In this document: piece after piece, positions 1 through 8,700 of the stretch | Position numbering within the stretch: the stretch's first letter is position 1 | Layout of the letters: every line of letters begins with the position of its first letter | DNA from: Dehalococcoidia bacterium | Lineage (GTDB): Bacteria > Chloroflexota > Dehalococcoidia > UBA2979 | Length of the DNA: 64,000 nt | Assembly: GCA_963667465.2 (NCBI GenBank) | Contig: CAXXDN010000001.1 | Location: forward strand, 704,001-768,000 | Direction of reading: 5' to 3' | Position numbers and translations under genes: made by a program | The notes under the pieces: generated by a model | The model's database searches: none | What the model saw: the letters and a program-made list of their open reading frames with translations, nothing else | Told to the model about the DNA's origin: nothing

Positions 1-153
1 ATGCTCGGCATCGCGATCGGCGAGTACTTCAACCTCGCCCCGCTCGCGGCGGACTGCGCCGAGGACGGCGTCTATGAGTTCATGCTCGTCTCCTCGCCGC
101 TCAACATCCCCGGCGGCGTCGGCTCCCCGCCCAACGCCTACGCGATCAAGTAG
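1..153 (+). CDS. Cyclase-family (kynurenine formamidase-like) protein, C-terminal end only
   Basis: Frame 1 reads MLGIAIGEYFNLAPLAADCAEDGVYEFMLVSSPLNIPGGVGSPPNAYAIK*, a typical cyclase-family C-terminus (E...L..LA.DC...PL.I.GG.GSP.N); 5' part lies outside the window. Confidence 0.75.
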   Translation: MLGIAIGEYFNLAPLAADCAEDGVYEFMLVSSPLNIPGGVGSPPNAYAIK

Positions 154-181
154 CGATCGAGGCACGGGAGCCGCTGCGACG

Positions 182-1477
182 ATGCCGGAGCCGCTGCTCG
201 ACGATGGAGCCCTCGAGGGCATCCGCGTGCTCGAGCTGGGGACCGCCATCGTCGGGCCCTACTGCGCGCAGAACCTCGCCGACCTCGGGGCGGAGGTGGT
301 GAAGATCGAGCGGCCGGGCGGCGATCCGGTGCGGCGGCTCGCCGGCTTCGCGCCGAACGAGAGCAAGCTCTTCCACACGCTCAACCGCGGCAAGCGCAGC
401 GTCGTCCTCGACCTTCGCGAGGAGGCCGCGCGCGAGGCGGTGCGCCGCCTGATTCCCGGCTTCGACGTGTTCGTGATCAACACGCGCCCCGGCGTGCCGC
501 AACGCCTCGGGATCGACTACGAGACGTTGCGCGCGCGGCGCAAGGACTTGATCTACGTGGAGCACACCAGCTTCGGCACGCGCGGCCCGGACGCCCAGCG
601 GCCCGGCGGCGACGTGGTGATCCAGGCCTACACCGGCCTCATGGCCGCCGAGAGCAAGATCGATGAGTTCGGGGCGCCGCAACGCATGAGCAGCACGGTG
701 CTCTCGGACTACGCGGGCGGCATCGCCGGCGCGATGGGTGTCTGCGCGGCGCTCTACCGCCGCGAGCGCACCGGCCGGGGACAGTACATCAGCGCGCCGC
801 TGGTCGCGTCGGCCGTCTCCTTCCTCTCCTACTACGTCTCCCGCCTCCCGGCCGTCGACGCCGTCACCAGCGACCCGATGCTGGAGCGCGTACGCGCGGT
901 GCGCGAGGCCGGCGGCGGCTACCGCGAGATCCTCGAGACGCGCGGTCTGCAGGTGCTGACCCAGAACGCGGCGGGCCTGCTCTACACCAATGGCTACCCC
1001 GTGCGCGACGGCGCGATCGTGCTCGGCGCGGTCAGCGCCGAGAACCGCGACCAGATCCGGGCCGCACTTGGCATCGAGGACGACCCGACCGCCGATCCGG
1101 ACTTCAACGCGCTCGACCCCGCCAACTGGCCGGTCATCGAGCAGGTCCGCGAGCGCATCCGCTCCGTCATGCGCGAGCGCACGATGGACGAGTGGATGGA
1201 GCGCCTCGACGCGGCCGGCGCGCCCGCCTCGCGGGTCAACCTGCCCGAGGAGATCGCCGACGAGCCGCAGCTCGAGGCGCTGGGGCTGCTGCTCGACCTC
1301 GATCACGAACTGACGGGCCCCGAGCGCATCGTCGGTTCGCTCGTCGAGATGTCGGAGAGCGCGACCGGTGCACGCCGCCCCGCGCCACCCCTCGGCCGCG
1401 ACACCGTCGAGGTGCTGACGGAGGCGGGCTTCAGCGCCGGGGAGATCGAGGCGCTGACGCAGGCGGCGCGTGCGTGA
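182..1477 (+). CDS. Class III CoA-transferase (CaiB/BaiF family)
   Basis: ALEGIRVLELG, GP, LADLGAEVVKIE, NRGKRS, catalytic-position Asp (VLSDYAGG), C-terminal PAPPLG; start taken at ATG 182. Confidence 0.92.
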   Translation: MPEPLLDDGALEGIRVLELGTAIVGPYCAQNLADLGAEVVKIERPGGDPVRRLAGFAPNESKLFHTLNRGKRSVVLDLREEAAREAVRRLIPGFDVFVINTRPGVPQRLGIDYETLRARRKDLIYVEHTSFGTRGPDAQRPGGDVVIQAYTGLMAAESKIDEFGAPQRMSSTVLSDYAGGIAGAMGVCAALYRRERTGRGQYISAPLVASAVSFLSYYVSRLPAVDAVTSDPMLERVRAVREAGGGYREILETRGLQVLTQNAAGLLYTNGYPVRDGAIVLGAVSAENRDQIRAALGIEDDPTADPDFNALDPANWPVIEQVRERIRSVMRERTMDEWMERLDAAGAPASRVNLPEEIADEPQLEALGLLLDLDHELTGPERIVGSLVEMSESATGARRPAPPLGRDTVEVLTEAGFSAGEIEALTQAARA

Positions 1478-1528
1478 GGGCGGCTGGGCGCGCCTGCGGT
1501 AAGGTGAGCGCCGCTGGAGGGAGGCTCG

Positions 1529-2737
1529 ATGGCGCTGCCCGTGACGAGTGAAGCGCTCGACGATGTGCGGGTCCTCGATCTCTCGGAGGGCATCGCCGGG
1601 CCGTTCTGCACGAAGCTGCTGGCCGCCCTCGGCGCCGACGTCATCACCGTCGAGGCGCCCGGGCGCGGCGATCGCGCGCGCTCCGCTCCGCCCTTCGCCG
1701 GCGACGAGCCGCACCCCGAGCTGAGCGGGCTCTTTCTCTACCTCAACACCGGCAAGCGCAGCGTCACGTTGGACCTGCAGCAGGCCTCCGGACGCGCGAT
1801 CGCCGGACGGCTCGTCGCGGAGTGGGCCGACATCGTCATCGAGGACTTCGCGCCCGGACAGCTCGACGCCTGGGGCCTTGGCTACGCGGCGCTCGAGGCG
1901 GCGCGCGATTCCCCGAGGCCGGGCGTGATCGTCGTCTCGGTGACGGACTACGGGCAGAGCGGGCCCTACCGTGACTGGCAGGCGTCGGACCTCACGGCGC
2001 TCGCCCTCGGCGGCTCGCTCTACATCGCCGGCGACGAGGACCGCGAGCCGCTCAAGATCGGCGGGCAGCCGGCGCAGTTCTACGCCGGACTGTCCGCGTT
2101 CAGCGGCGCGCTGATCGCGCTCCACCATCGCGACGCAACAGGCGAGGGCCAGCACGTCGACGTCTCGATGCTCGAGGGCATCGCGACTGCCCAGGAGTAC
2201 CCGGGCGCGGCCTGGGCCTACAAGCGCGAGATCCGCGTGCGCGGCCCCGGCCACGCGCCGATGTTCGAGGTGGAGGACGGCTACATCGGGCTGATGTTCC
2301 CGCAGGCCCGCTGGCCGCGCTTCTGCGAGCTGATCGGACGGCCCGACATCGAGCACGACCCGCGCTTCGAGGGCACGCGGCAGCGCCGCGACAACATGGC
2401 CGAGCTGCGCGAGATCATCGCGGAGTGGACCGCGGGCAAGCGCAAGGCGGACCTCTACCACGCGATACAGGCCGTGCAGGGGCCGGCCGGCTACGTCTGC
2501 ACCGCGCCCGACCTCATCGAGTCGCCGCAGTTCATCGAGCGTGATTTCTTCAGCGAGGTCGACCACCCGGCGACGGGGCCGCTGCTCTACCCCGGGCTGC
2601 CGCTGCGCTTCGGCACGGAGCGCCCGCCGCTGCGGCGCGCCCCGCTGCTGGGCGAGCACAACGCCGAGGTCTACGGCGAGCTGCTCGGCTGCAGCGCCGC
2701 CGACCTCGCGCGCATGCGCGGCGCGGGGGTGATCTAA
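1529..2737 (+). CDS. Class III CoA-transferase, likely non-catalytic (BbsE-like) subunit
   Basis: ALDDVRVLDLS, NTGKRSV, APLLGEH; catalytic Asp position reads Q (GQPAQFYAG); stop overlaps next start (TAATG). Confidence 0.88.
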   Translation: MALPVTSEALDDVRVLDLSEGIAGPFCTKLLAALGADVITVEAPGRGDRARSAPPFAGDEPHPELSGLFLYLNTGKRSVTLDLQQASGRAIAGRLVAEWADIVIEDFAPGQLDAWGLGYAALEAARDSPRPGVIVVSVTDYGQSGPYRDWQASDLTALALGGSLYIAGDEDREPLKIGGQPAQFYAGLSAFSGALIALHHRDATGEGQHVDVSMLEGIATAQEYPGAAWAYKREIRVRGPGHAPMFEVEDGYIGLMFPQARWPRFCELIGRPDIEHDPRFEGTRQRRDNMAELREIIAEWTAGKRKADLYHAIQAVQGPAGYVCTAPDLIESPQFIERDFFSEVDHPATGPLLYPGLPLRFGTERPPLRRAPLLGEHNAEVYGELLGCSAADLARMRGAGVI

Positions 2738-4038
2738 TGGCTGCCGAGCAGGCCGGGCCGGGCACGCCGGGCGGGGGCGCCCTCGAAGGACTGCGGGTCG
2801 TCGACCTCTCGCAGGTCTGGGCGGGGCCGCTGGCGCTCAAGCTGCTCGGCGACATGGGCGCCGACGTGATCAAGGTCGAGTCCGGCCGGCGCACGGACAC
2901 CGCGCGAGGCGACCCCAACCCGCAGGCGAGCAGCGCGATCTACCCCGACGACGACCCCGGCACCGAGCCGTGGAACCGCGCGGGCCTGTTCAACGATCGC
3001 AACCGCAGCAAGCGCGGCATCTGCCTGGACCTCACCATGCCCGAGGGCATCGCGACGCTGAAGCGCGTCATCGCCGCCTCGGACGTGGTTGCGGAGAGTT
3101 ACCGCTTCGGGGTGCTGGAGCGCCTCGGCGCGGGTTACGAGGCGATCCGCGCGGTGAAGCCGGACATCGTCTACGTCTCCTTCTCCAGCCAGGGCGCGAC
3201 CGGGCCGGAGCGCTCCTACGGTTCGTACGGCGCGATCCTCGAGCAGACCGCCGGGATCGCCTCGATCACCGGTTACCGCGACGGCCCGCCCAAGACCTCC
3301 GGCACATTCTTCCCCGACCCGGTCGTCGCGATGCTCGGCGTCGGCACGATCCTCGCCGCCGTACGCCGGCGCGACCGCACCGGCGAGGGGACGTTCGTTG
3401 ACCTCTCGCAGCGCGAGGTCACGACCTCGATCGTGCCGGAGATGCTGCTGGACTACACGATGAACGGGCGCACGCGCGGGCCGCAGGGCAACCGCCACGA
3501 CGTCCACGCCCCGCAGGGCGTCTACCCGAGCGCGGGCGAGGACGACTGGGTCACGATCACCGTGCGCTCCGACGCCGAGTGGCGCTCGCTCGCGGAGCTG
3601 ATCGGCGGCATGGAGCTGGCCTCGGACGCGCGCTTCGCGACGTTGCTCGGGCGGCGACGCCGCCACGACGAACTGGACGCGCTGATCGCCGCCTGGACGG
3701 GGGAGCGCGAGTCGCGCGAGCTGATGGAGCAGCTGCAGGCCCTCGGCGTGCCGGCCGGCATGGTGCATCGCGGCGACACGCTGCTCGATGATCCGCAGCT
3801 CGTCGAGCGCGGCTTCTGGGAGCCGGTGGACCACCCGGCGGCGGGGCTCATCCCCCACCTCAGCCGCCCCTTCAAGCTGGCCCGCACCCCCGGCCGGACC
3901 CCCCGCCCCGCCCCCATGCTCGGCGAGCACACCGAGGAGGTCTTGCGCGACGTAGCCGGCCTCAGCGAGTCCGAGATCGCCCACCTCGCCGCCCTCGGCG
4001 TCACGCGCAACGTGCCGGACGGCGCCGTGGGGGGCTAG
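2737..4038 (+). CDS. Class III CoA-transferase, catalytic (BbsF-like) subunit
   Basis: LRVVDLSQVWAGP, NRSKRG, FPDP with Asp, GNRH, APMLGEHT. Confidence 0.92.
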   Translation: MAAEQAGPGTPGGGALEGLRVVDLSQVWAGPLALKLLGDMGADVIKVESGRRTDTARGDPNPQASSAIYPDDDPGTEPWNRAGLFNDRNRSKRGICLDLTMPEGIATLKRVIAASDVVAESYRFGVLERLGAGYEAIRAVKPDIVYVSFSSQGATGPERSYGSYGAILEQTAGIASITGYRDGPPKTSGTFFPDPVVAMLGVGTILAAVRRRDRTGEGTFVDLSQREVTTSIVPEMLLDYTMNGRTRGPQGNRHDVHAPQGVYPSAGEDDWVTITVRSDAEWRSLAELIGGMELASDARFATLLGRRRRHDELDALIAAWTGERESRELMEQLQALGVPAGMVHRGDTLLDDPQLVERGFWEPVDHPAAGLIPHLSRPFKLARTPGRTPRPAPMLGEHTEEVLRDVAGLSESEIAHLAALGVTRNVPDGAVGG

Positions 4039-4041
4039 GAC

Positions 4042-4433
4042 TCAGGAACGGGCTGCGGCCCAGTGGACGACCGCTTCGGCGATCTCCACCACCATCGCGT
4101 ACTCAGCTTCGGTCACGGGCCTGGCAGGTCCGGGGTATCGCGTGAGCAGTGCGTACGGTGTTAGTTCTCCGGCCTTCAGCACGGTCTCGGGGATGTCCTC
4201 GCCTGCTTCTTCCAACAGTGAGAGGAGGCGAGTCAGGTCATGCACGTACGGGAAGTCGATACCGCGTGCGATCAGTAGGGACTTGGTGGCCTTCTCAGCC
4301 GCTTGTTGCGCCTCGAAGCAAGGTCTTCGAGATAGGTTCCAGGGGCGCGGCTCCTGGCCAGCGCGAGATTGCTGCGCGCCCGATTCAGCCACTCCCGGGG
4401 ATCGTCGGGCGGGTAGCGCTCAGGAGGACTCAT
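4042..4433 (-). pseudogene. HEPN-domain protein of an MNT-HEPN pair, 1-nt frameshift
   Basis: ATG 4433 gives MSPPERYPPDDPREWLNRARSNLALARSRAPGTYLEDL; conserved continuation CFEAQQAAEKATK...HDL..LL...TRYPG is in another frame; one T missing at GACCT(T)TGC near 4320-4323. Confidence 0.8.
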
Positions 4434-4734
4434 ACACCACAAGGCCGTCCTGGACGGCGGGCTTGACGATCAGCGCGTGGCTGTCCTTGTAGCGCTCCAC
4501 GTCCTCCGGCGAGACCACGATGGCGTCGACCGCTGCTCCGACTCCGCGCAACCTCCCATAGATGCGCGCCATCAGCTCGAGCGCGTCGGCGCCGTCCTTG
4601 ATGACAAGAAGGTCGATGTCGCTGTCAGGGTCGGCCTCACCACGGGCCGCGGACCCGAAGAGGATGATCTTCTCCGGCTCCGCTACCTCCACGATGCGGC
4701 CGATGACGTCGTCCAGCGTCGCTTGATCAAGCAT
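4420..4734 (-). CDS. Minimal nucleotidyltransferase (MNT) antitoxin
   Basis: IILFGSAARGEADPDSDIDLLVI motif; overlaps HEPN start. Confidence 0.9.
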   Translation of the reverse strand: MLDQATLDDVIGRIVEVAEPEKIILFGSAARGEADPDSDIDLLVIKDGADALELMARIYGRLRGVGAAVDAIVVSPEDVERYKDSHALIVKPAVQDGLVVYESS

Positions 4735-4773
4735 CGTGACCAGATCGTACCGCACGCGCCCCGCGCGTAGCGC

Positions 4774-6126
4774 CTACGAAGCGTCCTCGAGGTAGGCGTC
4801 GCCGATGATCCGGGAGTCGAGGAGTTGCTGGTAGCGCTCGTCGCTGACGCCGAGCAGGTCTTGCAGCACCTCGCGGTTGTGCTGGCCGAGCAGCGGGGCG
4901 TGGCTGCGGATCTCGAGCGGGCGCTCACGGTAGCGCGCGACGGGGGCGGGGTAGCTGTGTGTGCCTGCCGCCGGGTGGTCGACTTCCTGCCAGAAGCCGC
5001 GCTCGCGCAGGTGCTCGTTCTCGCGCAGCTCCTCCTGGCGCAGCAGCTCGGTGGCGGGCACGCCCGCGGCCTGCAGCCGCTCCATCAGCTCGCGCGCGAC
5101 GTGCTGCGAGGTCCACGCCTCGATCAGCGGCTCCAGCTCGTCCTGGTGCTCGTAGCGCACGTCCGAGGTCGCGAAGCGCGGGTCGCCGGCCAGCTCCGGC
5201 GCGCCCAGCTCGGCGGCGAGGGCGGCGAACTGCTCGTCGCTGGCGACGGCGATCGCCACCCAGCGGCGGCGGCTCGACTCGCTCTGCTCGCCCGGCGCGT
5301 CGAGGCAGCGAAAGACGCCGCTCGGCGCCTTCGAGGGGTGGCGGTTGCCGAAGGTGCTCCGCACGCGCCGGTTGAAGGAGTAGTCCATCAGCGCCCACGA
5401 GACGTGGTGCAGTCCGGCCTCGACGTGCGAGAGGTCGATCAGCTGCCCTCGGCCGGTGCGCTCGCGCGCGAACAGCGCGGCCTGGACGGCGAAGGCGACA
5501 TGGATGCCGGCGTTCGGGTCGCCGTGCGCGAGGCCCGGTGTGTACGAGGGGTCGCTGTCGCGGTAGCCGCGCAGGAAGGTGTGGCCGCCGAGCGCGTCCA
5601 TCGTGGGGGCGAAGCCCTTGAAGCTGCGGTAGGGGCCGGTCGTCCCGAAGCCGGGGAAGCGCGCCTGGATGATGCGCGGATTGAGCTCCGCCAGCCGCGG
5701 GTAGTCCAGCCCGAACTTCTCGACGACCCCCGCCGCGTTGTTCTCGATGTAGACGTCGGAGACCCGCACCAGCTCGCGCAGCAGCGCGATGCCCTCGGGC
5801 CGATCGATGTCGAGCGTGACGCTCTTGTGATTGCGCTTGGAGTAGTTGAAGTGGGCGTTGCGGTTCCAGAAGCCCTCGCTCGGGTCGCGATCGACGTAGA
5901 GCGCGCCGAACGGGCCCTGCAGGTACAGCTCGGGCAGGTTGCGGTAGTTCGAGCGCGTCGGGTTGACGTGCTGGATCGACTCGATCTCGATCACCTCGGC
6001 GCCGAGGTCGCCGAGAATCAGACTCGCTGCCGGTCCCGCCCAGACGATCGCCTGGGAGAGCACGCGCACGCCCTCGAGGGGCAGCCGCGCCTCGCTGCGG
6101 GTTTCCGCCGCACCCTCAGACGACAT
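4774..6126 (-). CDS. Class III CoA-transferase, catalytic (BbsF-like) subunit
   Basis: PLEGVRVL..VWAGP, HGDPNAG Asp, GNRH, APLLGQHN. Confidence 0.92.
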   Translation of the reverse strand: MSSEGAAETRSEARLPLEGVRVLSQAIVWAGPAASLILGDLGAEVIEIESIQHVNPTRSNYRNLPELYLQGPFGALYVDRDPSEGFWNRNAHFNYSKRNHKSVTLDIDRPEGIALLRELVRVSDVYIENNAAGVVEKFGLDYPRLAELNPRIIQARFPGFGTTGPYRSFKGFAPTMDALGGHTFLRGYRDSDPSYTPGLAHGDPNAGIHVAFAVQAALFARERTGRGQLIDLSHVEAGLHHVSWALMDYSFNRRVRSTFGNRHPSKAPSGVFRCLDAPGEQSESSRRRWVAIAVASDEQFAALAAELGAPELAGDPRFATSDVRYEHQDELEPLIEAWTSQHVARELMERLQAAGVPATELLRQEELRENEHLRERGFWQEVDHPAAGTHSYPAPVARYRERPLEIRSHAPLLGQHNREVLQDLLGVSDERYQQLLDSRIIGDAYLEDAS

Positions 6127-7339
6127 CGCGCTGCCTCAGGATCGAGACGTCCTCAGGGGTGTAGCCGAGCAGCTCCGTCAGCACCTCCATGGTGTGCTCG
6201 CCGAGCAGGGGCGCACGGCGGATCGAGGCGGGCGTCGCGCTCAGCTTGAACTGTGCGCCGGGGTACTCGCGGGGGCCGGTCTCCGGGTGGTCGAGCTCGA
6301 CGAAGTAGCCACGCGCGCGCAGCTGGCGGTCGGCGAAGAGGTCCTCGGTAGTGTTGAGGGCTGCAACGGGGACGCCCTGCGCCTGCGCGGCGTCCATCAC
6401 CTCGATCTTGGTGCGTTCCAGCAGCCAGGGGTAGATCAGCGCGTCGATCTGCGGACCGAATTCGGGGTCGAGCAGGTTGCCGGAGTAGCTGGTGTCGTCG
6501 ATCAGGTCCTCGCGGCCGACCATGCGGCAGAAGCGGTCCCACCAGTAGGGGTAGCAGAGGAAGTTGACGTAGCCGTCCTTGCAGGGGAGCTGGCCGCCGT
6601 AGACGCCGTTGGGGAAGGCGCTGGCACGCAGGTTGCAGTCCTCGGTGACGAACAGCTCGCCGCCGTAGGAGTGGGCCATCACGTTTTGCGTGGCGCGGTC
6701 GAGCGAGCAGGCGAGCGCCTCCTGGATCGAGATGTCGACGCGCTCGCCGCGTCCGAGGCGCACGCCCAGCGTGATTGCACCGAGGCTGTACGAGGCTGCC
6801 ATCGCGCCGGCGAGGAAGAGCGGGGCGTAGAGCCACGGCCGGTTTGGCTCGCGGCCGGGATAGGCGGTGACGGCCAGCCCGCCGCCCATCGCGTAGAGCA
6901 GCATGTCGTCCGCCTCGAAGTCGCGGTACGGCCCGTGCTGCCCGAAGTTGCTGATCGAGACGAGCGTGGCGGCCGGGTTCGCCTCGGCGAGTTGCTCCTT
7001 GCTTAGCCCGAGGCGGGCGAGCGTGCCGGGCCGGAAGTTCTCGACGACGGCGTCGGCCCAGGCCCCGAGGCGGCGCAGGATGCGCTGCCCGCTCTCGGTC
7101 TTGAGGTTGAGCGTGAGGCTCCGCTTGCCGGTGTTGAGGTCCAGGAACAGCCCGCTGCGCTCGGGGTGCGGCTCGTCGTCCGGGAACGGTCCGGCCCGCC
7201 TCGAGGGGTCGCCGCCGTTGGGCCGTTCGATCTTGAGCACCTCGGCGCCGTAGTCGCTGAGCAGCTTGGTGCAATAGGGACCGGCGACCCCCTGCGTGAG
7301 GTCGAGGATCCGCAATCCATCGAGGGCGCCCTCGCTCAT
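6116..7339 (-). CDS. Class III CoA-transferase, likely non-catalytic (BbsE-like) subunit
   Basis: MSEGALDGLRILDLT (GGAG RBS upstream), NTGKRSL, APLLGEHT; no Asp at catalytic position (YAPLFLAG). Confidence 0.88.
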   Translation of the reverse strand: MSEGALDGLRILDLTQGVAGPYCTKLLSDYGAEVLKIERPNGGDPSRRAGPFPDDEPHPERSGLFLDLNTGKRSLTLNLKTESGQRILRRLGAWADAVVENFRPGTLARLGLSKEQLAEANPAATLVSISNFGQHGPYRDFEADDMLLYAMGGGLAVTAYPGREPNRPWLYAPLFLAGAMAASYSLGAITLGVRLGRGERVDISIQEALACSLDRATQNVMAHSYGGELFVTEDCNLRASAFPNGVYGGQLPCKDGYVNFLCYPYWWDRFCRMVGREDLIDDTSYSGNLLDPEFGPQIDALIYPWLLERTKIEVMDAAQAQGVPVAALNTTEDLFADRQLRARGYFVELDHPETGPREYPGAQFKLSATPASIRRAPLLGEHTMEVLTELLGYTPEDVSILRQRDVV

Positions 7340-7524
7340 CGCCGCTCCTCCCGGCCGCCGCCGCAGTTGCCCAGCGCCCGGACTCGGCGAGTCCGGATCG
7401 TCTGCTGGACTATAGATGCAGCGGCGCTTCACGATGAAGCGCGGGCGGGTTTGCGCTCGGCGCCGGCTGGCGCGACGACGCCGACGCCATGCTCGAGTGG
7501 CTGGCGCGCACGCCGGAGCCGGAG

Positions 7525-7562
7525 CCCCCTCACCCCGCCCCTCTCCCGCGAGGGGAGAGGGG
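7525..7562 (+). repeat. REP-like palindrome (CCCTCACCCnnCCCTCTCCC-n4-GGGAGAGGG)
   Basis: CCCCCTCACCCCGCCCCTCTCCCGCGAGGGGAGAGGGG hairpin; family recurs across the window. Confidence 0.8.
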
Positions 7563-7617
7563 ACCGGAAGGTGGCGGATGCGGCTTCCGAGGAGACGGGA
7601 AAGCCCGGCGGGCGCCC

Positions 7618-7839
7618 TCAGGCGGGGAGCAGACGGACCGCGCGTTTCAGGTTGTAGGCCGTGCACGTCAGCCACAGCTCGGTGGCGTTGCGCTCCAGGC
7701 CCGGGTAGCGCACCCGGCGGTAGGCGTAGCCGCGCCTGAGCGTCCCGAAGACCCGCTCCGGCGGGCCTGCCCTTCGACGCGGCGTGCAGCTCTGCAACGA
7801 CCGCGCCGCTGCGCTACCGGGGCGTTGCGCAACGGTCTC
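7618..7839 (-). mobile_element. Internally deleted IS5-family remnant (terminal IR plus transposase C-terminus)
   Basis: Minus strand 7758-7618 reads ERVFGTLRRGYAYRRVRYPGLERNATELWLTCTAYNLKRAVRLLPA* (IS5 DDE C-terminus); GAGACCGTTGCGCAA at 7839-7825 resembles IS5/IS1106-type termini. Confidence 0.7.
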
Positions 7840-7869
7840 GCGAGCGGCGAGCAGGAACCGCCGGTGGCC

Positions 7870-8586
7870 CTACCCCTCGCCTGCCAGCGCGGCGTTCTCC
7901 GCGAGCACGCGCTCGACGTCCTCGCGGTAGAGCGCGCCGAGCAGCCTGCCGCCATCGTCGAACGCGCGCGAGGTGACGAGGACGCTCGGGTGCGGGTTGC
8001 GGCGCAGCCGCTCCGCGAGGCTGTGCAGGAAGGTGTCTGGCTTCTCGGTCGGCGGCTGCGGCTCCATCACGTCGCCGGCGCGGGCGGCCGGGTCGCCCTC
8101 GAGGGCAGCGCCGTCGATGCGGCCGAGCAGCACGCCGGAGTCGTCGATCACGGCGCAGAGCGGGTCGCCGGTCGCCTCGGCGCGCTCTCGCGCCTCACCG
8201 AGGGTCGCGTCCGGTCCGCACGTCGCCGGGAGGCGCATCAGGTCCAGCGCACGCCGCCGCCCGGCGCTGCGCCCGGCGAGGGGCAGCCCCTCCAGCGCCC
8301 AGTCGGACTTGCCCGGCACGTAGTCGTGTACGGCCTCGAAGCCGAGTTGTTCGAGCCGCGCCGCGGCTCGGGGCGAGGCGTCTCATTCCCGGTCGTAGCA
8401 GTAGACGATGACCGGCCGGTCGCGCCGCAGCGCGCCGACGGTGTCCGGCCCGAGGGCGGTCGCGGGGACGCTCACGGCGCCCTCAAGGTGCTCGTCCGCG
8501 TACTCGCGCTCGGGCAGCACGTCGACGAGCTGCGCGCCTTCGGCGAGCAGCGCCCGCACCTCGTCGCGCTCGATTTGCTTGACCAT
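7870..8586 (-). CDS. Rhodanese plus CBS-pair protein, probable selenoprotein (UGA at 8383-8385, codon 68)
   Basis: ORFs 8383..8646 and 7870..8319 are one frame: VIVYCYDRE-TGA-DASPRAAARLEQLGFEAVHDYVPGKSDW; rhodanese fold continues across the TGA; CBS pair follows. Confidence 0.8.
8352..8370 (-). promoter_or_regulatory. Candidate bacterial SECIS hairpin
   Basis: CGAGCCGC-GGC-GCGGCTCG perfect 8-bp stem starting 12 nt 3' of the in-frame UGA, G-leading loop. Confidence 0.6.
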
Positions 8587-8639
8587 CTGGGGTTCTCCTC
8601 GTGTGCGTCCGTTCGTGGCCATTGTACGGAGCCGGAGCT

Positions 8640-8673
8640 CCCTCACCCTGGCCCGCTCCCTCGGGGAGAGGGG
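8640..8673 (+). repeat. REP-like palindrome
   Basis: CCCTCACCCTGGCCCGCTCCCTCGGGGAGAGGGG. Confidence 0.7.
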
Positions 8674-8700
8674 ATTGGATGGTAGTCGGGGACGGCCGCC

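Noticed and set aside
7421-7562. Possible DUF559 nuclease C-terminal remnant before a REP copy
   Set aside because: Only a few residues of resemblance (RDDADAMLEWL); insufficient support
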